Source of the DNA: Auanema rhodensis
Taxonomy: Eukaryota > Animalia > Nematoda
DNA length: 64,000 bases
Direction: 5' to 3'
Assembly (NCBI GenBank): GCA_964057225.1
Contig: OZ059899.1
Location: 3,038,001 to 3,102,000 of the forward strand
Every line of letters begins with the position of its first letter. The first letter of the stretch is position 1. Made by a program: the position numbers and the translations under genes. This document shows, piece after piece, positions 25,801 through 40,367 of the stretch. The notes under the pieces are model-generated. The model saw only the letters and a list, made by a program, of their open reading frames with translations. It was not told the DNA's origin and searched no databases.

Positions 25801-28800
25801 TTTTTCAAACGATCATAACTAATTTTTGTATTAAGCGTTTCTCAATGTAATATAGTGCATTCGATGCGGATTTTTAAGCTGCGTCGATCTGTGTTATCAG
25901 ATTTGCGCTAGCTTAAAAATGCACCGAGATATCAACTGATATAAGTTCACACTTATATCCTCGATTTTCACCCTGAAGAATTAATTTTTTCGTTGAATAA
26001 CATTGTCCATCGTCTTTGCCTTGAAAAATGGAATCTAAAAACATCTATTTTTTGTTAAATTATTTTGAAATTTTTCGAAAAAATTTTTGTCAAAATGTTT
26101 TTGGAAGCAATGTTGAGTGTACATGGAAACTCAACATACACTAATGCATCATTTTTAAAACGATCATAACTAATTTTTGTATCAAGCGTTTCTCAATGTA
26201 GTATAGTGCATTCGATGCGGATTTTTAAGCTGCGTCGATCTGTGTTATCAGATTTGCGCTAGCTTAAAAATGCACCGAGATATCAACTGATATAAGTTCA
26301 CACTTATATCCTCGATTTTCACCCTGAAGAAATAATTTTTTCGTTGAATAACATTGTCCATCGTCTTTGCCTTGAAAAAAGGAATCTAATAACATCTACT
26401 TTTTGCTAAATTATTTTGAAATTTTTCGATAAACTTTTTGTCAAAATGTTTTTGGAAACAATGTTGAGTGTACATGGAAACTCAACATACACTAATGCAT
26501 CATTTTTCAAACGATCATAACTAATTTTTGTATTAAGCGTTTCTCAATGTAGTATTTGTGCATTCGATGCGGATTTTTAAGCTGCGTCGATCTGTGTTAT
26601 CAGATTTGCGCTAGCTTAAAAATGCACCGAGATATCAACTGATATAAGTTCACACTTATATCCTCGATTTTCACCCTGAAGAAATAATTTTTTCGTTGAA
26701 TAACATTGTCCATCGTCTTTGCCTTGAAAAAAGGAATCTAAAAACATCTACTTTTTGCTAAATTATTCTGAAATTTTTCGAAAAAATTTTTGTCAAAATG
26801 TTTTTGGAAACAATGTTGAGTGTACATGGAAACTCAACATACACTAATGCATCATTTTTCAAACGATCATAACTAATTTTTGTATTAAGCATTTCTCAAT
26901 GTAGTATAGTGCATTCGATGCGGATTTTTAAGCTGCGTCGATCTGTGTTATCAGATTTGCGCTAGCTTAAAAATGCACCGAGATATCAACTGATATAAGT
27001 TCACACTTATATCCTCGATTTTCACCCTGAAGAATTAATTTTTTCGTTGAATAACATTGTCCATCGTCTTTGCCTTGAAAAAAGGAATCTAATAACATCT
27101 ACTTTTTGCTAAATTATTTTGAAATTTTTCGAAAAAATTTTTGTCAAAATGTTTTTGGAAGCAATGTTGAGTGTACATGGAAACTCAACATACACTAATG
27201 CATCATTTTTCAAACGATCATAACTAATTTTTGTATCAAGCGTTTCTCAATGTAGTATAGTGCATTCGATGCGGATTTTTAAGCTGCGTCGATCTGTGTT
27301 ATCAGATTTGCGCTAGCTTAAAAATGCACCGAGATATCAACTGATATAAGTTCACACTTATATCCTCGATTTTCACCCTGAAGAAATAATTTTTTCGTTG
27401 AATAACATTGTCCATCGTCTTTGCCTTGAAAAAAGGAATCTAAAAACATCTACTTTTTGCTAAATTATTTTGAAATTTTTCGAAAAACTTTTTGTCAAAA
27501 TGTTTTTGGAAACAATGTTGAGTGTACATGGAAACTCAACATACACTAATGCATCATTTTTCAAACGATCATAACTAATTTTTGTATTAAGCGTTTTTCA
27601 ATGTAGTATAGTGCATTCGATGCGGATTTTTAAGCTGCGTCGATCAGTGTTATCAGATTTGCGCTAGCTTAAAAATGCACCGAGATATCAACTGATATAA
27701 GTTCACACTTATATCCTCGATTTTCACCCTGAAGAATTAATTTTTTCGTTGAATAACATTGTCCATCGTCTTTGCCTTGAAAAATGGAATCTAAAAACAT
27801 CTATTTTTTGTTAAATTATTTTGAAATTTTTCGAAAAAATTTTTGTCAAAATGTTTTTGGAAGCAATGTTGAGTGTACATGGAAACTCAACATACACTAA
27901 TGCATCATTTTTCAAACGATCATAACTAATTTTTGTATTAAGCGTTTCTCAATGTAGTATAGTGCATTCGATGCGGATTTTTAAGCTGCGTCGATCTGTG
28001 TTATCAGATTTGCGCTAGCTTAAAAATGCACCGAGATATCAACTGATATAAGTTCACACTTATATCCTCGATTTTCACCCTGAAGAATTAATTTTTTCGT
28101 TGAATAACATTGTCCATCGTCTTTGCCTTGAAAAAAGGAATCTAATAACATCTACTTTTTGCTAAATTATTTTGAAATTTTTCGAAAAACTTTTTGTCAA
28201 AATGTTTTTGGAAACAATGTTGAGTGTACATGGAAACTCAACATACACTAATGCATCATTTTTCAAACGATCATAACTAATTTTTGTATTAAGCGTTTCT
28301 CAATGTAGTATAGTGCATTCGATGCGGATTTTTAAGCTGCGTCGATCTGTGTTATCAGATTTGCGCTAGCTTAAAAATGCACCGAGATATCAACTGATAT
28401 AAGTTCACACTTATATCCTCGATTTTCACCCTGAAGAAATAATTTTTTTGTTGAATAACATTGTCCATCGTCTTTGCCTTGAAAAAAGGAATCTAAAAAC
28501 ATCTACTTTTTGCTAAATTATTTTGAAATTTTTCGAAAAAATTTTTGTCAAAATGTTTTTGGAAACAATGTTGAGTGTACATGGAAACTCAACATACACT
28601 AATGCATCATTTTTCAAACGATCATAACTAATTTTTGTATTAAGTGTTTCTCAATGTAGTATAGTGCATTCGATGCGGATTTTTAAGCTGCGTCGATCTG
28701 TGTTATCAGATTTGCGCTAGCTTAAAAATGCACCGAGATATCAACTGATATAAGTTCACACTTATATCCTCGATTTTCACCCTGAAGAATTAATTTTTTC

Positions 28801-29836
28801 GTTGAATAACATTGTCCATCGTCTTTGCCTTGAAAAATGGAATCTAAAAACATCTACTTTTTGCTAAATTATTTTGAAATTTTTCGAAAACATTTTTGTC
28901 AAAATGTTTTTGGAAGCAATGTTGAGTGTACATGGAAACTCAACATACACTAATGCATCATTTTTCAAACGTTCATAACTAATTTTTGTATCAAGCGTTT
29001 CTCAATGTAGTATAGTGCATTCGATGCGGATTTTTAAGCTGCGTCGATCTGTGTTATCAGATTTGCGCTAGCTTAAAAATGCACCGAGATATCAACTGAT
29101 ATAAGTTCACACTTATATCCTCGATTTTCACCCTGAAGAAATAATTTTTTCGTTGAATAACATTGTCCATCGTCTTTGCCTTGAAAAAAGGAATCTAAAA
29201 ACATCTACTTTTTGCTAAATTATTCTGAAATTTTTCGAAAAAATTTTTGTCAAAATGTTTTTGGAAACAATGTTGAGTGTACATGGAAACTCAACATACA
29301 CTAATGCATCATTTTTCAAACGATCATAACTAATTTTTGTATTAAGCGTTTCTCAATGTAGTATAGTGCATTCGATGCGGATTTTTAAGCTGCGTCGATC
29401 TGTGTTATCAGATTTGCGCTAGCTTAAAAATGCACCGAGATATCAACTGATATAAGTTCACACTTATATCCTCGATTTTCACCCTGAAGAATTAATTTTT
29501 TCGTTGAATAACATTGTCCATCGTCTTTGCCTTGAAAAATGGAATCTAAAAACATCTATTTTTTGTTAAATTATTTTGAAATTTTTCGAAAAAATTTTTG
29601 TCAAAATGTTTTTGGAAGCAATGTTGAGTGTACATGGAAACTCAACATACACTAATGCATCATTTTTAAAACGATCATAACTAATTTTTGTATCAAGCGT
29701 TTCTCAATGTAGTATAGTGCATTCGATGCGGATTTTTAAGCTGCGTCGATCTGTGTTATCAGATTTGCGCTAGCTTAAAAATGCACCGAGATATCAACTG
29801 ATATAAGTTCACACTTATATCCTCGATTTTCACCCT
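22815..29836 (+). repeat. 10-mer tandem duplication (3511 bp x2)
   Basis: Monomers in 22815-26325 and 26326-29836 show the same ordered markers: +1 gtatttgtgc with cgataaact, taagcat, ctaataac, gatcagtg, tttttttgtt with taagtg, aacgttcat, tttttaaaacg. Confidence 0.85.
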
Positions 29837-32800
29837 GAAGAAATAATTTTTTCGTTGAATAACATTGTCCATCGTCTTTGCCTTGAAAAAAGGAATCTAA
29901 AAACATCTACTTTTTGCTAAATTATTCTGAAATTTTTCGAAAAAATTTTTGTCAAAATGTTTTTGGAAACAATGTTGAGTGTACATGGAAACTCAACATA
30001 CACTAATGCATCATTTTTCAAACGATCATAACTAATTTTTGTATTAAGCGTTTTTCAATGTAGTATAGTGCATTCGATGCGGATTTTTAAGCTGCGTCGA
30101 TCAGTGTTATCAGATTTGCGCTAGCTTAAAAATGCACCGAGATATCAACTGATATAAGTTCACACTTATATCCTCGATTTTCACCCTGAAGAATTAATTT
30201 TTTCGTTGAATAACATTGTCCATCGTCTTTGCCTTGAAAAATGGAATCTAAAAACATCTATTTTTTGTTAAATTATTTTGAAATTTTTCGAAAAAATTTT
30301 TGTCAAAATGTTTTTGGAAGCAATGTTGAGTGTACATGGAAACTCAACATACACTAATGCATCATTTTTCAAACGATCATAACTAATTTTTGTATAAAGC
30401 GTTTCTCAATGTAGTATAGTGCATTCGATGCGGATTTTTAAGCTGCGTCGATCTGTGTTATCAGATTTGCGCTAGCTTAAAAATGCACCGAGATATCAAC
30501 TGATATAAGTTCACACTTATATCCTCGATTTTCACCCTGAAGAATTAATTTTTTCGTTGAATAACATTGTCCATCGTCTTTGCCTTGAAAAATGGAATCT
30601 AAAAACATCTACTTTTTGCTAAATTATTTTGAAATTTTTCGAAAACATTTTTGTCAAAATGTTTTTGGAAGCAATGTTGAGTGTACATGGAAACTCAACA
30701 TACACTAATGCATCATTTTTCAAACGATCATAACTAATTTTTGTATCAAGCGTTTCTCAATGTAGTATAGTGCATTCGATGCGGATTTTTAAGCTGCGTC
30801 GATCTGTGTTATCAGATTTGCGCTAGCTTAAAAATGCACCGAGATATCAACTGATATAAGTTCACACTTATATCCTCGATTTTCACCCTGAAGAAATAAT
30901 TTTTTCGTTGAATAACATTGTCCATCGTCTTTGCCTTGAAAAAAGGAATCTAAAAACATCTACTTTTTGCTAAATTATTCTGAAATTTTTCGAAAAAATT
31001 TTTGTCAAAATGTTTTTGGAAACAATGTTGAGTGTACATGGAAACTCAACATACACTAATGCATCATTTTTCAAACGATCATAACTAATTTTTGTATTAA
31101 GCGTTTTTCAATGTAGTATAGTGCATTCGATGCGGATTTTTAAGCTGCGTCGATCAGTGTTATCAGATTTGCGCTAGCTTAAAAATGCACCGAGATATCA
31201 ACTGATATAAGTTCACACTTATATCCTCGATTTTCACCCTGAAGAATTAATTTTTTCGTTGAATAACATTGTCCATCGTCTTTGCCTTGAAAAATGGAAT
31301 CTAAAAACATCTATTTTTTGTTAAATTATTTTGAAATTTTTCGAAAAAATTTTTGTCAAAATGTTTTTGGAAGCAATGTTGAGTGTACATGGAAACTCAA
31401 CATACACTAATGCATCATTTTTCAAACGATCATAACTAATTTTTGTATTAAGCGTTTCTCAATGTAGTATAGTGCATTCGATGCGGATTTTTAAGCTGCG
31501 TCGATCTGTGTTATCAGATTTGCGCTAGCTTAAAAATGCACCGAGATATCAACTGATATAAGTTCACACTTATATCCTCGATTTTCACCCTGAAGAATTA
31601 ATTTTTTCGTTGAATAACATTGTCCATCGTCTTTGCCTTGAAAAAAGGAATCTAATAACATCTACTTTTTGCTAAATTATTTTGAAATTTTTCGATAAAC
31701 TTTTTGTCAAAATGTTTTTGGAAACAATGTTGAGTGTACATGGAAACTCAACATACACTAATGCATCATTTTTCAAACGATCATAACTAATTTTTGTATT
31801 AAGCGTTTCTCAATGTAGTATTTGTGCATTCGATGCGGATTTTTAAGCTGCGTCGATCTGTGTTATCAGATTTGCGCTAGCTTAAAAATGCACCGAGATA
31901 TCAACTGATATAAGTTCACACTTATATCCTCGATTTTCACCCTGAAGAAATAATTTTTTCGTTGAATAACATTGTCCATCGTCTTTGCCTTGAAAAAAGG
32001 AATCTAAAAACATCTACTTTTTGCTAAATTATTCTGAAATTTTTCGAAAAAATTTTTGTCAAAATGTTTTTGGAAACAATGTTGAGTGTACATGGAAACT
32101 CAACATACACTAATGCATCATTTTTCAAACGATCATAACTAATTTTTGTATTAAGCATTTCTCAATGTAGTATAGTGCATTCGATGCGGATTTTTAAGCT
32201 GCGTCGATCTGTGTTATCAGATTTGCGCTAGCTTAAAAATGCACCGAGATATCAACTGATATAAGTTCACACTTATATCCTCGATTTTCACCCTGAAGAA
32301 TTAATTTTTTCGTTGAATAACATTGTCCATCGTCTTTGCCTTGAAAAAAGGAATCTAATAACATCTACTTTTTGCTAAATTATTTTGAAATTTTTCGAAA
32401 AAATTTTTGTCAAAATGTTTTTGGAAGCAATGTTGAGTGTACATGGAAACTCAACATACACTAATGCATCATTTTTCAAACGATCATAACTAATTTTTGT
32501 ATCAAGCGTTTCTCAATGTAGTATAGTGCATTCGATGCGGATTTTTAAGCTGCGTCGATCTGTGTTATCAGATTTGCGCTAGCTTAAAAATGCACCGAGA
32601 TATCAACTGATATAAGTTCACACTTATATCCTCGATTTTCACCCTGAAGAAATAATTTTTTCGTTGAATAACATTGTCCATCGTCTTTGCCTTGAAAAAA
32701 GGAATCTAAAAACATCTACTTTTTGCTAAATTATTTTGAAATTTTACGAAAAACTTTTTGTCAAAATGTTTTTGGAAACAATGTTGAGTGTACATGGAAA

Positions 32801-35800
32801 CTCAACATACACTAATGCATCATTTTTCAAACGATCATAACTAATTTTTGTATTAAGCGTTTCTCAATGTAGTATAGTGCATTCGATGCGGATTTTTAAG
32901 CTGCGTCGATCTGTGTTATCAGATTTGCGCTAGCTTAAAAATGCACCGAGATATCAACTGATATAAGTTCACACTTATATCCTCGATTTTCACCCTGAAG
33001 AAATAATTTTTTTGTTGAATAACATTGTCCATCGTCTTTGCCTTGAAAAAAGGAATCTAAAAACATCTACTTTTTGCTAAATTATTTTGAAATTTTTCGA
33101 AAAAATTTTTGTCAAAATGTTTTTGGAAACAATGTTGAGTGTACATGGAAACTCAACATACACTAATGCATCATTTTTCAAACGATCATAACTAATTTTT
33201 GTATTAAGCGTTTCTCAATGTAGTATAGTGCATTCGATGCGGATTTTTAAGCTGCGTCGATCTGTGTTATCAGATTTGCGCTAGCTTAAAAATGCACCGA
33301 GATATCAACTGATATAAGTTCACACTTATATCCTCGATTTTCACCCTGAAGAATTAATTTTTTCGTTGAATAACATTGTCCATCGTCTTTGCCTTGAAAA
33401 ATGGAATCTAAAAACATCTACTTTTTGCTAAATTATTTTGAAATTTTTCGAAAACATTTTTGTCAAAATGTTTTTGGAAGCAATGTTGAGTGTACATGGA
33501 AACTCAACATACACTAATGCATCATTTTTCAAACGTTCATAACTAATTTTTGTATCAAGCGTTTCTCAATGTAGTATAGTGCATTCGATGCGGATTTTTA
33601 AGCTGCGTCGATCTGTGTTATCAGATTTGCGCTAGCTTAAAAATGCACCGAGATATCAACTGATATAAGTTCACACTTATATCCTCGATTTTCACCCTGA
33701 AGAAATAATTTTTTCGTTGAATAACATTGTCCATCGTCTTTGCCTTGAAAAAAGGAATCTAAAAACATCTACTTTTTGCTAAATTATTCTGAAATTTTTC
33801 GAAAAAATTTTTGTCAAAATGTTTTTGGAAACAATGTTGAGTGTACATGGAAACTCAACATACACTAATGCATCATTTTTCAAACGATCATAACTAATTT
33901 TTGTATTAAGCGTTTCTCAATGTAGTATAGTGCATTCGATGCGGATTTTTAAGCTGCGTCGATCTGTGTTATCAGATTTGCGCTAGCTTAAAAATGCACC
34001 GAGATATCAACTGATATAAGTTCACACTTATATCCTCGATTTTCACCCTGAAGAAATAATTTTTTCGTTGAATAACATTGTCCATCATCTTTGCCTTGAA
34101 AAAAGGAATCTAAAAACATCTACTTTTTGCTAAATTATTCTGAAATTTTTCGAAAAAATTTTTGTCAAAATGTTTTTGGAAACAATGTTGAGTGTACATG
34201 GAAACTCAACATACACTAATGCATCATTTTTCAAACGATCATAACTAATTTTTGTATTAAGCGTTTCTCAATGTAGTATAGTGCATTCGATGCGGATTTT
34301 TAAGCTGCGTCGATCTGTGTTATCAGATTTGCGCTAGCTTAAAAATGCACCGAGATATCAACTGATATAAGTTCACACTTATATCCTCGATTTTCACCCT
34401 GAAGAATTAATTTTTTCGTTGAATAACATTGTCCATCATCTTTGCCTTGAAAAATGGAATCTAAAAACATCTATTTTTTGTTAAATTATTTTGAAATTTT
34501 TCGAAAAAATTTTTGTCAAAATGTTTTTGGAAGCAATGTTGAGTGTACATGGAAACTCAACATACACTAATGCATCATTTTTAAAACGATCATAACTAAT
34601 TTTTGTATCAAGCGTTTCTCAATGTAGTATAGTGCATTCGATGCGGATTTTTAAGCTGCGTCGATCTGTGTTATCAGATTTGCGCTAGCTTAAAAATGCA
34701 CCGAGATATCAACTGATATAAGTTCACACTTATATCCTCGATTTTCACCCTGAAGAAATAATTTTTTCGTTGAATAACATTGTCCATCGTCTTTGCCTTG
34801 AAAAAAGGAATCTAAAAACATCTACTTTTTGCTAAATTATTCTGAAATTTTTCGAAAAAATTTTTGTCAAAATGTTTTTGGAAACAATGTTGAGTGTACA
34901 TGGAAACTCAACATACACTAATGCATCATTTTTCAAACGATCATAACTAATTTTTGTATTAAGCGTTTTTCAATGTAGTATAGTGCATTCGATGCGGATT
35001 TTTAAGCTGCGTCGATCAGTGTTATCAGATTTGCGCTAGCTTAAAAATGCACCGAGATATCAACTGATATAAGTTCACACTTATATCCTCGATTTTCACC
35101 CTGAAGAATTAATTTTTTCGTTGAATAACATTGTCCATCGTCTTTGCCTTGAAAAATGGAATCTAAAAACATCTATTTTTTGTTAAATTATTTTGAAATT
35201 TTTCGAAAAAATTTTTGTCAAAATGTTTTTGGAAGCAATGTTGAGTGTACATGGAAACTCAACATACACTAATGCATCATTTTTCAAACGATCATAACTA
35301 ATTTTTGTATAAAGCGTTTCTCAATGTAGTATAGTGCATTCGATGCGGATTTTTAAGCTGCGTCGATCTGTGTTATCAGATTTGCGCTAGCTTAAAAATG
35401 CACCGAGATATCAACTGATATAAGTTCACACTTATATCCTCGATTTTCACCCTGAAGAATTAATTTTTTCGTTGAATAACATTGTCCATCGTCTTTGCCT
35501 TGAAAAATGGAATCTAAAAACATCTACTTTTTGCTAAATTATTTTGAAATTTTTCGAAAACATTTTTGTCAAAATGTTTTTGGAAGCAATGTTGAGTGTA
35601 CATGGAAACTCAACATACACTAATGCATCATTTTTCAAACGATCATAACTAATTTTTGTATCAAGCGTTTCTCAATGTAGTATAGTGCATTCGATGCGGA
35701 TTTTTAAGCTGCGTCGATCTGTGTTATCAGATTTGCGCTAGCTTAAAAATGCACCGAGATATCAACTGATATAAGTTCACACTTATATCCTCGATTTTCA

Positions 35801-36155
35801 CCCTGAAGAAATAATTTTTTCGTTGAATAACATTGTCCATCGTCTTTGCCTTGAAAAAAGGAATCTAAAAACATCTACTTTTTGCTAAATTATTCTGAAA
35901 TTTTTCGAAAAAATTTTTGTCAAAATGTTTTTGGAAACAATGTTGAGTGTACATGGAAACTCAACATACACTAATGCATCATTTTTCAAACGATCATAAC
36001 TAATTTTTGTATTAAGCGTTTCTCAATGTAGTATAGTGCATTCGATGCGGATTTTTAAGCTGCGTCGATCTGTGTTATCAGATTTGCGCTAGCTTAAAAA
36101 TGCACCGAGATATCAACTGATATAAGTTCACACTTATATCCTCGATTTTCACCCT

Positions 36156-39100
36156 GAAGAATTAATTTTTTCGTTGAATAACATTGTCCATCGTTTTTGC
36201 CTTGAAAAAAGGAATCTAAAAACATCTACTTTTTGCTAAATTATTTTGAAATTTTTCGAAAAAATTTTTGTCAAAATGTTTTTGGAAGCAATGTTGAGTG
36301 TACATGGAAACTCAACATACACTAATGCATCATTTTTCAAACGATCATAACTAATTTTTGTATTAAGCGTTTCTCAATGTAGTATAGTGCATTCGATGCG
36401 GATTTTTAAGCTGCGTCGATCTGTGTTATCAGATTTGCGCTAGCTTAAAAATGCACCGAGATATCAACTGATATAAGTTCACACTTATATCCTCGATTTT
36501 CACCCTGAAGAAATAATTTTTTCGTTGAATAACATTGTCCATCGTCTTTGCCTTGAAAAAAGGAATCTAAAAACATCTACTTTTTGCTAAATTATTTTGA
36601 AATTTTTCGAAAAAATTTTTGTCAAAATGTTTTTGGAAGCAATGTTGAGTGTACATGGAAACTCAACATACACTAATGCATCATTTTTCAAACGATCATA
36701 ACTAACTTTTGTATTAAGCGTTTCTCAATGTAGTATAGTGCATTCGATGCGGATTTTTAAGCTGCGTCGATCTGTGTTATCAGATTTGCGCTAGCTTAAA
36801 AATGCACCGAGATATCAACTGATATAAGTTTACACTTATATCCTCGATTTTCACCCTGAAGAATTAATTTTTTCGTTGAATAACATTGTCCATCGTTTTT
36901 GCCTTGAAAAAAAGAATCTAAAAACATCTACTTTTTGCTAAATTATTTTGAAATTTTTCGAAAAAATTTTTGTCAAAATGTTTTTGGAAGCAATGTTGAG
37001 TGTACATGGAAACTCAACATACACTAATGCATCATTTTTCAAACGATCATAACTAATTTTTGTATTAAGCGTTTCTCAATGTAGTATAGTGCATTCGATG
37101 CGGATTTTTAAGCTGCGTCGATCTGTGTTATCAGATTTGCGCTAGCTTAAAAATGCACCGAGATATCAACTGATATAAGTTCACACTTATATCCTCGATT
37201 TTCACCCTGAAGAATTAATTTTTTCGTTGAATAACATTGTCCATCGTCTTTGCCTTGAAAAATGGAATCTAAAAACATCTATTTTTTGTTAAATTATTTT
37301 GAAATTTTTCGAAAAAATTTTTGTCAAAATGTTTTTGGAAGCAATGTTGAGTGTACATGGAAACTCAACATACACTAATGCATCATTTTTAAAACGATCA
37401 TAACTAATTTTTGTATCAAGCGTTTCTCAATGTAGTATAGTGCATTCGATGCGGATTTTTAAGCTGCGTCGATCTGTGTTATCAGATTTGCGCTAGCTTA
37501 AAAATGCACCGAGATATCAACTGATATAAGTTTACACTTATATCCTCGATTTTCACCCTGAAGAATTAATTTTTTCGTTGAATAACATTGTCCATCGTCT
37601 TTGCCTTGAAAAAAAGAATCTAAAAACATCTACTTTTTGCTAAATTATTTTGAAATTTTTCGAAAAAATTTTTGTCAAAATGTTTTTGGAAGCAATGTTG
37701 AGTGTACATGGAAACTCAACATACACTAATGCATCATTTTTCAAACGATCATAACTAATTTTTGTATTAAGCGTTTCTCAATGTAGTATAGTGCATTCGA
37801 TGCGGATTTTTAAGCTGCGTCGATCTGTGTTATCAGATTTGCGCTAGCTTAAAAATGCACCGAGATATCAACTGATATAAGTTCACACTTATATCCTCGA
37901 TTTTCACCCTGAAGAATTAATTTTTTCGTTGAATAACATTGTCCATCGTCTTTGCCTTGAAAAATGGAATCTAAAAACATCTATTTTTTGTTAAATTATT
38001 TTGAAATTTTTCGAAAAAATTTTTGTCAAAATGTTTTTGGAAGCAATGTTGAGTGTACATGGAAACTCAACATACACTAATGCATCATTTTTCAAACGAT
38101 CATAACTAATTTTTGTATTAAGCGTTTCTCAATGTAGTATAGTGCATTCGATGCGGATTTTTAAGCTGCGTCGATCTGTGTTATCAGATTTGCGCTAGCT
38201 TAAAAATGCACCGAGATATCAACTGATATAAGTTCACACTTATATCCTCGATTTTCACCCTGAAGAATTAATTTTTTCGTTGAATAACATTGTCCATCGT
38301 TTTTGCCTTGAAAAAAGGAATCTAAAAACATCTACTTTTTGCTAAATTATTTTGAAATTTTTCGAAAAAATTTTTGTCAAAATGTTTTTGGAAGCAATGT
38401 TGAGTGTACATGGAAACTCAACATACACTAATGCATCATTTTTCAAACGATCATAACTAATTTTTGTATTAAGCGTTTCTCAATGTAGTATAGTGCATTC
38501 GATGCGGATTTTTAAGCTGCGTCGATCTGTGTTATCAGATTTGCGCTAGCTTAAAAATGCACCGAGATATCAACTGATATAAGTTCACACTTATATCCTC
38601 GATTTTCACCCTGAAGAAATAATTTTTTCGTTGAATAACATTGTCCATCGTCTTTGCCTTGAAAAAAGGAATCTAAAAACATCTACTTTTTGCTAAATTA
38701 TTTTGAAATTTTTCGAAAAAATTTTTGTCAAAATGTTTTTGGAAGCAATGTTGAGTGTACATGGAAACTCAACATACACTAATGCATCATTTTTCAAACG
38801 ATCATAACTAACTTTTGTATTAAGCGTTTCTCAATGTAGTATAGTGCATTCGATGCGGATTTTTAAGCTGCGTCGATCTGTGTTATCAGATTTGCGCTAG
38901 CTTAAAAATGCACCGAGATATCAACTGATATAAGTTTACACTTATATCCTCGATTTTCACCCTGAAGAATTAATTTTTTCGTTGAATAACATTGTCCATC
39001 GTTTTTGCCTTGAAAAAAAGAATCTAAAAACATCTACTTTTTGCTAAATTATTTTGAAATTTTTCGAAAAAATTTTTGTCAAAATGTTTTTGGAAGCAAT

Positions 39101-40367
39101 GTTGAGTGTACATGGAAACTCAACATACACTAATGCATCATTTTTCAAACGATCATAACTAATTTTTGTATTAAGCGTTTCTCAATGTAGTATAGTGCAT
39201 TCGATGCGGATTTTTAAGCTGCGTCGATCTGTGTTATCAGATTTGCGCTAGCTTAAAAATGCACCGAGATATCAACTGATATAAGTTCACACTTATATCC
39301 TCGATTTTCACCCTGAAGAATTAATTTTTTCGTTGAATAACATTGTCCATCGTCTTTGCCTTGAAAAATGGAATCTAAAAACATCTATTTTTTGTTAAAT
39401 TATTTTGAAATTTTTCGAAAAAATTTTTGTCAAAATGTTTTTGGAAGCAATGTTGAGTGTACATGGAAACTCAACATACACTAATGCATCATTTTTAAAA
39501 CGATCATAACTAATTTTTGTATCAAGCGTTTCTCAATGTAGTATAGTGCATTCGATGCGGATTTTTAAGCTGCGTCGATCTGTGTTATCAGATTTGCGCT
39601 AGCTTAAAAATGCACCGAGATATCAACTGATATAAGTTTACACTTATATCCTCGATTTTCACCCTGAAGAATTAATTTTTTCGTTGAATAACATTGTCCA
39701 TCGTCTTTGCCTTGAAAAAAAGAATCTAAAAACATCTACTTTTTGCTAAATTATTTTGAAATTTTTCGAAAAAATTTTTGTCAAAATGTTTTTGGAAGCA
39801 ATGTTGAGTGTACATGGAAACTCAACATACACTAATGCATCATTTTTCAAACGATCATAACTAATTTTTGTATTAAGCGTTTCTCAATGTAGTATAGTGC
39901 ATTCGATGCGGATTTTTAAGCTGCGTCGATCTGTGTTATCAGATTTGCGCTAGCTTAAAAATGCACCGAGATATCAACTGATATAAGTTCACACTTATAT
40001 CCTCGATTTTCACCCTGAAGAATTAATTTTTTCGTTGAATAACATTGTCCATCGTCTTTGCCTTGAAAAATGGAATCTAAAAACATCTATTTTTTGTTAA
40101 ATTATTTTGAAATTTTTCGAAAAAATTTTTGTCAAAATGTTTTTGGAAGCAATGTTGAGTGTACATGGAAACTCAACATACACTAATGCATCATTTTTAA
40201 AACGATCATAACTAATTTTTGTATCAAGCGTTTCTCAATGTAGTATAGTGCATTCGATGCGGATTTTTAAGCTGCGTCGATCTGTGTTATCAGATTTGCG
40301 CTAGCTTAAAAATGCACCGAGATATCAACTGATATAAGTTCACACTTATATCCTCGATTTTCACCCT
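36156..40367 (+). repeat. 6-mer tandem duplication (2106 bp x2)
   Basis: ctaactttt at ~36702 and ~38808; the cgttttt, aaaagaatc and agtttacac markers repeat with a 2106-bp offset. Confidence 0.8.
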
